From IMG/VR virus record IMGVR_UViG_3300036773_000051, positions 1 to 39,462 of that record: a DNA stretch of 39,462 nucleotides; one strand, written 5' to 3'. How positions within the stretch are numbered: position 1 is the stretch's first letter; each line of letters begins with the position of its first letter. The DNA comes from a virus (Duplodnaviria; Caudoviricetes). Shown piece by piece: positions 34,903-39,462 of the stretch. The notes below the pieces were generated by a model. That model did no database searches, was not told the origin of the DNA, and was given only the letters and a program-made list of their open reading frames with translations. The translations under genes were made by a program, and so were the position numbers.

Positions 34903-35030
34903 TCCGCCTCGCCGGGATCCTCGCGGTGCTATGCAGCGCTCTCGCGGCCGTCTGGGGCCTGTGGTGGCTCGCCACCCACCCCGACGGCGACCCGTACGAC
35001 CTTTACGACAACGAAAGCGACGACGACTGA
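34899..35030 (+). CDS. Small membrane protein (43 aa)
   Basis: TM plus acidic tail. Confidence 0.6.
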   Translation: MIRLAGILAVLCSALAAVWGLWWLATHPDGDPYDLYDNESDDD

Positions 35031-35248
35031 TGCGCACCATCAAATGCGACCGATGCTTGAAAACCATCTTCATGTCTCCTAGCGGGCCGATGCCGTTCGG
35101 GGAAACGCTCAAAGCTCTCGATGTAGTCACGATTACCACAACCAAATTGATGACGGTTGTCCGAGCGGAGATCTGCGGCGACTGCAACACGCAATTGGAC
35201 ATGTTCCTGGTTGGCAAGCAGATCGACGCCGTGCAGGTACGCGAATGA
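35030..35248 (+). CDS. Zn-ribbon protein
   Basis: CDRC..ICGDC. Confidence 0.65.
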   Translation: MRTIKCDRCLKTIFMSPSGPMPFGETLKALDVVTITTTKLMTVVRAEICGDCNTQLDMFLVGKQIDAVQVRE

Positions 35249-35427
35249 CCAACCTCGGAGTATACGAAGCCATACGACGCGCCCTGATGAACGCGGAGAA
35301 CAGGATACGTAGCGATGGACGCGAGGCTGCCGCCGACGGCGAGACTGTGGCCGTGCAGCGCATGCTCAATCAGGCGGACGCGCTCTCAACTGCCCGATCC
35401 GTGCTCACGCGTGAGGACTGCGAGTGA
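35245..35427 (+). CDS. Hypothetical protein
   Basis: ATGA overlap. Confidence 0.6.
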   Translation: MTNLGVYEAIRRALMNAENRIRSDGREAAADGETVAVQRMLNQADALSTARSVLTREDCE

Positions 35428-35594
35428 AGATCGAGCAAGGTTTCACCCGCCAACCAGCGCTCACGGTCGCGGACATCCAAGCAATCGCGAAATGGTGTTT
35501 CGACAACGATGTACCACTCGACACAGAGGTACGCGGCAAGCAATCCATGGCCGGCCGCATCTACCTCGTGACGATCAGGAAAGAAGAAGAATGA
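35424..35594 (+). CDS. Hypothetical protein (56 aa, not in ORF track)
   Basis: GAGGA RBS; MKIEQGFTRQPALTVADIQ..; overlaps at both ends. Confidence 0.6.
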   Translation: MKIEQGFTRQPALTVADIQAIAKWCFDNDVPLDTEVRGKQSMAGRIYLVTIRKEEE

Positions 35595-35965
35595 GCGAAT
35601 ACGAAAACGCCCGCGAACGCGTCGCGCGGTACGTGGCTGCATTGTTGAATCATGGCGCGCCTTTCATGATCGACCAGCAGCACGGGGCAGTCCTCACGTT
35701 CGACGATTTGGCCCTGTTGGTGAAGGTGCCCGAAACGCCGGTCGTGAACGTCGGCCCGGTGTCCGCGTTGGACCCGGTGATGATGCACATCAATGTCATA
35801 CAGAACGCTGTCGTCGCGCTACACGGGCGGATCGAGGCGTTGGAGAATCCACCCGTGGATCTGCCGCGTATGTCGTTTGTGCATGACGCTGGCTGCCCGG
35901 CCGGCGGCCATTCGCCAGCTATCGTGCGCGGATACGACGGCTGCACATGCAAGGTGGGGCCATGA
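35591..35965 (+). CDS. Hypothetical protein
   Basis: ATGA overlaps. Confidence 0.65.
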   Translation: MSEYENARERVARYVAALLNHGAPFMIDQQHGAVLTFDDLALLVKVPETPVVNVGPVSALDPVMMHINVIQNAVVALHGRIEALENPPVDLPRMSFVHDAGCPAGGHSPAIVRGYDGCTCKVGP

Positions 35966-36228
35966 ATGGCGCGTTACAGCCCGAGCAGATCGCGGACGCG
36001 ACAGCGCAATTCGAGCGCCTCAAAACCAAGGGCTACACGCCGATGCAAATGGCCGAGAAAATCATCTCGGGGATGATGATCGCCGGCTCCCTACATGCTC
36101 CCTCACGGCGAGTCTCAGTGTCGGACATCGTTGCCGAATCGGACGCGTGGGCGAGTTTCATGGTCGGCCTGCTGCTGGAACTTGGCTGGACATGCCCGGG
36201 AATCGAGGTGTCCAGCGATGGCGAATGA
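35962..36228 (+). CDS. Hypothetical protein
   Basis: ATGA overlap. Confidence 0.65.
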   Translation: MNGALQPEQIADATAQFERLKTKGYTPMQMAEKIISGMMIAGSLHAPSRRVSVSDIVAESDAWASFMVGLLLELGWTCPGIEVSSDGE

Positions 36229-36463
36229 CCGCGTGGATCTTCGCAAGGATCTGGCCGGCGCGTACGACTATGCGATGTTGAAATGGTGCGCCGCGTCCAC
36301 GGACTACAAAGAAAACGGCGGACTCGAACGGCTCGCGAAATACCAGGCGTGGCAGTTCACCACCATCCGTATCGGCCGTTGGCTCATCCTCGAACAAGGC
36401 CAACCTGACTTGCTGAAGATCAGCAAAGGGAACGGAAAGGGCGCGTTCTATGGGCGCCGATGA
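36218..36463 (+). CDS. Hypothetical protein
   Basis: GAGGTG RBS. Confidence 0.6.
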   Translation: MANDRVDLRKDLAGAYDYAMLKWCAASTDYKENGGLERLAKYQAWQFTTIRIGRWLILEQGQPDLLKISKGNGKGAFYGRR

Positions 36464-36746
36464 CCTGAACGAACGCGTACAGGCGCGACTGGTTCAACTG
36501 GAATCCATGGCCGGTTCCCTTCAACACGATCTGCGTGACCCGCAACAACAACTGATGTGGTTCTTGCCGCCCTGGGGCCTGTCGATGGTCGCATCGTGGC
36601 GGGAACGCCAGGAACGCCACGGCCCTGTTTCGTTTCGAGGTCAAGAGGGTGAGGAAGGAACCTGCTGCGCAGCTTGCGGTTTCGATCTTGGGTTTCCCTG
36701 CCCGGATGCCCTGTTTATTCTACGCGAGATAGGCATAGAGCCGTGA
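36450..36746 (+). CDS. Hypothetical protein
   Basis: H..CAAC..FPC motif; GAAAGG RBS. Confidence 0.65.
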   Translation: MGADDLNERVQARLVQLESMAGSLQHDLRDPQQQLMWFLPPWGLSMVASWRERQERHGPVSFRGQEGEEGTCCAACGFDLGFPCPDALFILREIGIEP

Positions 36747-36913
36747 AGCCACGGAAGCGCTCGATTCCAGGCATGGACAAGAGGGAGGCCCGCCGAGCGC
36801 TCCGACGCGGCACCGCACAGGTTTGGAAGATCAACACACCCGATGGTGGCCGCATAACCGTGTTCCTCACAGAGATAACCACGAAAGCGACGCGATTGGA
36901 ATACCGCACATGA
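36743..36913 (+). CDS. Hypothetical protein
   Basis: GTGA/ATGA overlaps. Confidence 0.55.
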   Translation: MKPRKRSIPGMDKREARRALRRGTAQVWKINTPDGGRITVFLTEITTKATRLEYRT

Positions 36914-37044
36914 CCGAGCACACCCACGAAACTCCCGATCAGTTCATGTACGAAGGCGACGAACAGTGGGTAGTGACCGCTTCCGAGCACCGTGTCGTAT
37001 CGGCCTGCGCCACGTACGCCGACGCGAGCGACGTGCAGTCATGA
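36910..37044 (+). CDS. Hypothetical protein (44 aa)
   Basis: ATGA overlaps at both ends. Confidence 0.5.
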   Translation: MTEHTHETPDQFMYEGDEQWVVTASEHRVVSACATYADASDVQS

Positions 37045-37337
37045 GCGAGTGTGACGACGTTCAGTACACAGACAACTCGGACCGGTGGCCCGGCCGAGCG
37101 ACGTGCGGTCATTGCGGCTATGACCTCGACACCTGCGAGTGTCATATAGAGCACGGACCGGAATGCGAGTGCAAAAACTGCGTCTACTACTTCATGCAAG
37201 ATTGCCCTGAGTGTGGCCATGAGTTTTTCCCCGGCGGGCCGACACCTATCACCGCACACCCGGAAGGCGGTTGTCAAAGCAAGTACCCACCTTGCGGGTG
37301 CACGCATTCCCGGCCTGCTGGATGGTGGCGAAAATGA
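37041..37337 (+). CDS. Cys-rich metal-binding protein (98 aa)
   Basis: 13 Cys, 6 His. Confidence 0.65.
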   Translation: MSECDDVQYTDNSDRWPGRATCGHCGYDLDTCECHIEHGPECECKNCVYYFMQDCPECGHEFFPGGPTPITAHPEGGCQSKYPPCGCTHSRPAGWWRK

Positions 37338-37597
37338 GCACGGCCAGTGTGACGGTCGCGGTGGGTTACACCAGTCAATACCCAGTGATCCCCGATCAGC
37401 ACATCAGCTATGTCACGGTTGGCCTTGACCTTTTCGAGCTATACAGGGTGAACGGCTATTTTGAGCACATCCGGCCCATTGAACTGCAAGCCACGCTGGA
37501 AGCATTCGGCGCGGTAGCGGCCCGTACGCGCGGTTCGGGTATCTGGCCGGCCGTGTCGATGATCACGAGCCTCAACATCGTGCAGGAGACGCTATGA
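37334..37597 (+). CDS. Hypothetical protein
   Basis: ATGA overlaps. Confidence 0.6.
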   Translation: MSTASVTVAVGYTSQYPVIPDQHISYVTVGLDLFELYRVNGYFEHIRPIELQATLEAFGAVAARTRGSGIWPAVSMITSLNIVQETL

Positions 37598-37926
37598 CAG
37601 CCGCGCGTCGTGCATGGGAGCGCGAACCCACGTCGTGGGCGGGTTACGGCAACGCGTACGAGTGGCGTGCGTTCCGTAAGCGCTGGTTTGGGACGCACCC
37701 GCATGACTGCGTGATCCGATACGACGACATCTGTCTCGGAACGGGCACCATCCTGGACCATAAGGACGGCTGCGACTACACGATCAACCGCTGCAACCCG
37801 GAATGGATCGAGGGCATCGTCTGCCGGCCCTGCCACAACCGGAAGACTGGGAAGCAGGGCCATGCCGCGTTGATGGCGAAACGTGGCGGCTACAAGCAGC
37901 TCGGGCAGCCCAGTGAGGAGTGGTGA
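37594..37926 (+). CDS. HNH endonuclease, probably packaging-associated
   Basis: C..C....LDH..CRPCHNRKT; near genome end as in cos phages. Confidence 0.8.
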   Translation: MTAARRAWEREPTSWAGYGNAYEWRAFRKRWFGTHPHDCVIRYDDICLGTGTILDHKDGCDYTINRCNPEWIEGIVCRPCHNRKTGKQGHAALMAKRGGYKQLGQPSEEW

Positions 37927-37929
37927 ACC

Positions 37930-38130
37930 GTGGACAGCGCTGAACAGTGGGTCAACGAACGCCTGTACGCCCGCGCTGCGAAAACCCGCATGCAGGACGC
38001 GGTCATGACCGTCGCCCGCCGGCAAGTCGAACACTGCCCGTCTTGTGACCACTACAAAGCGATCCACGTGCGCCCGCAGGGATGCCTGGAATGCGCCTGC
38101 ACCATTAAGCCACGGAAGGCCCGAAAATGA
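37930..38130 (+). CDS. Small Zn-binding protein
   Basis: CPSCDH..H..CLECAC. Confidence 0.65.
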   Translation: MDSAEQWVNERLYARAAKTRMQDAVMTVARRQVEHCPSCDHYKAIHVRPQGCLECACTIKPRKARK

Positions 38131-38786
38131 CCACCTACACCCTGCCGGAACAGCCGCCGCTCTACAGTCACGTCACAGACAAAGACGGCGACATGTACGT
38201 GTTGGGTCATGAAAACGGTGGTCAGATGACCGCCTGGACAGCTGAAGTCGAAGTCTCCTTGGAAGTCATCTTCCAGGTCGGCCAGGACAGCCCTGATCTG
38301 ACGCACACGATCCTGGGCGTCCTGGCCGCGAAAATCGGCGCGATGGCGGACATCAAGGACTGGCGGGCGCTGGCACCGGACATCACGCTGCACTGGGTCG
38401 ACGACAGTCACCCGGCCGACGAGGTGGAAGCGGCTGCGATCGCGGACCGGCACAACCGGCAAGTGAAGCTCGTACGCGGCACTTGGCGAGTCGAATTGCC
38501 GGCCACGCCAGTTGTGGTCAAGGTACACCCGTTCCAGGTGGACCTACGGAAGCACCGCATATGGGGAGCGCAACAAGCGGTCAACCAGCACATGCTCGCG
38601 GACGTGGCCAGGACGATGGAACGCACGAAGGAACACCTCGCGGACATTTTGAGCCGTGACGTGGCGCGCCGGCTACTGCTCACCATCGACCCCGTGGACA
38701 TCAGGTACGACAACCGATACGACATGATGATCAACTCCACTGTGTTCACGGCGCGATGGCTGGAGAACTGGCCACCATGGGCCTGA
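38127..38786 (+). CDS. Hypothetical protein
   Basis: CCACGGAAGG RBS. Confidence 0.75.
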   Translation: MTTYTLPEQPPLYSHVTDKDGDMYVLGHENGGQMTAWTAEVEVSLEVIFQVGQDSPDLTHTILGVLAAKIGAMADIKDWRALAPDITLHWVDDSHPADEVEAAAIADRHNRQVKLVRGTWRVELPATPVVVKVHPFQVDLRKHRIWGAQQAVNQHMLADVARTMERTKEHLADILSRDVARRLLLTIDPVDIRYDNRYDMMINSTVFTARWLENWPPWA

Positions 38787-39037
38787 CACCACCCGGATAC
38801 GTACGCATCCCGTTCATCGGTGGCCCTGCCTGCGGCAACGATGTACTGCTGCTGGTGACCGCTGTGCAGCAGACGTACGTGGTGCCCGTGCAACCCAACA
38901 GGCCAGTGAGCCAGGTAGAGATCGACGTAGGCCGAGCACTGCCTATAGAGCCTACGCACGGCACGGCCACGTACCGCCTCCATCGTGGCCCCACCGGCAA
39001 GGCGCAGTACCGGTACAAACACCTGAAGGCCATGTGA
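38777..39037 (+). CDS. Hypothetical protein
   Basis: GGAG RBS; FIGGPACG motif. Confidence 0.65.
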   Translation: MGLTPPGYVRIPFIGGPACGNDVLLLVTAVQQTYVVPVQPNRPVSQVEIDVGRALPIEPTHGTATYRLHRGPTGKAQYRYKHLKAM

Positions 39038-39270
39038 TGAGCAAGGCATGCGCATGCCGCGTGTGCTGCGCTAACGTCGCCGCTGGCCGTGAACTGTTCG
39101 ACCCGTCCACTGTGGTGTGGGAGACATGCGTACGTACGACGTTCGCAGGATGGCGGTATCAGCCACCCGTGTGTGCCAACCAATGGCCGAATGATTTCGC
39201 TACTCGCGCTGAATACCGTGCCGCGTTCGGCGTGAACAGGCCGATGGTCCTACTGCCCAACGTCACGTAA
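39034..39270 (+). CDS. Hypothetical protein
   Basis: GTGA overlap; last ORF. Confidence 0.55.
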   Translation: MMSKACACRVCCANVAAGRELFDPSTVVWETCVRTTFAGWRYQPPVCANQWPNDFATRAEYRAAFGVNRPMVLLPNVT

Positions 39271-39286
39271 CGCACAGCGCATACAA

Positions 39287-39322
39287 GAGGGGACCGCATG
39301 CCTACATGGGTGCGGTCCCTTC
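39287..39322 (+). terminator. Hairpin ending the right-arm operon
   Basis: GAGGGGACCGCA..TGCGGTCCCTTC. Confidence 0.65.
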
Positions 39323-39462
39323 GCCTTACCTACCCGCCGCCATCACACACCGTAAGAAACTACGAAGAGTAACTATGTTCAGTCCGTGTTCACCTCACAC
39401 AACGTGACCTTTCAAACGGACATAGGGCCACAAAAATCTCTAGCCACACCCGGCCCCAACAC

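Noticed and set aside
36218-36235. N-terminus MANDRV identical to the RecT N-terminus
   Set aside because: Codons differ and the similarity stops after six residues; probably chance
39356-39383. CTATGTTCAGT, resembling the XerD arm of a dif site
   Set aside because: No matching XerC arm at 6-bp spacing
39420-39462. Defined cos overhang or terminal repeat
   Set aside because: Gene order suggests genome ends, but no terminal repeat is visible and the end type cannot be read from sequence alone

Overview
The window reads as a complete or near-complete genome (~39.5 kb, roughly two-thirds GC by eye) of a siphovirus infecting a non-mycolic-acid actinomycete: it has a GH25 endolysin and no recognisable LysB. 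It has three parts. (1) A rightward late operon (328-23374): terminase, HK97-type portal/protease/capsid, an extra block of fibre-like genes, head-tail and tail genes with a -1 frameshifted chaperone, tape measure, tail tip and lysis. (2) A short leftward operon of small, often membrane, proteins (23641-26602). (3) A rightward early/middle operon (26700-39270): HTH protein, YqaJ/RecE + RecT, two HNH nucleases, a replication initiator with internal iterons, a helicase loader and many small Zn-binding ORFs. I see no integrase, CI-like repressor, ParA/ParB, tRNA or CRISPR array. Main observations: a perfect chromosomal parS site (TGTTTCACGTGAAACA, 9355-9370) inside a structural gene; a multi-branched RNA, terminator and coupled leader ORF in front of the replication initiator, with complementarity to a second structured leader; a head/neck appendage module built around a protein of exactly 20 x 20-aa repeats; a start-associated CCACGGAAGG motif; and apparent absence of CCGCGG and CTGCAG. 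Function calls come from motif recognition and synteny only; no database searches were run.
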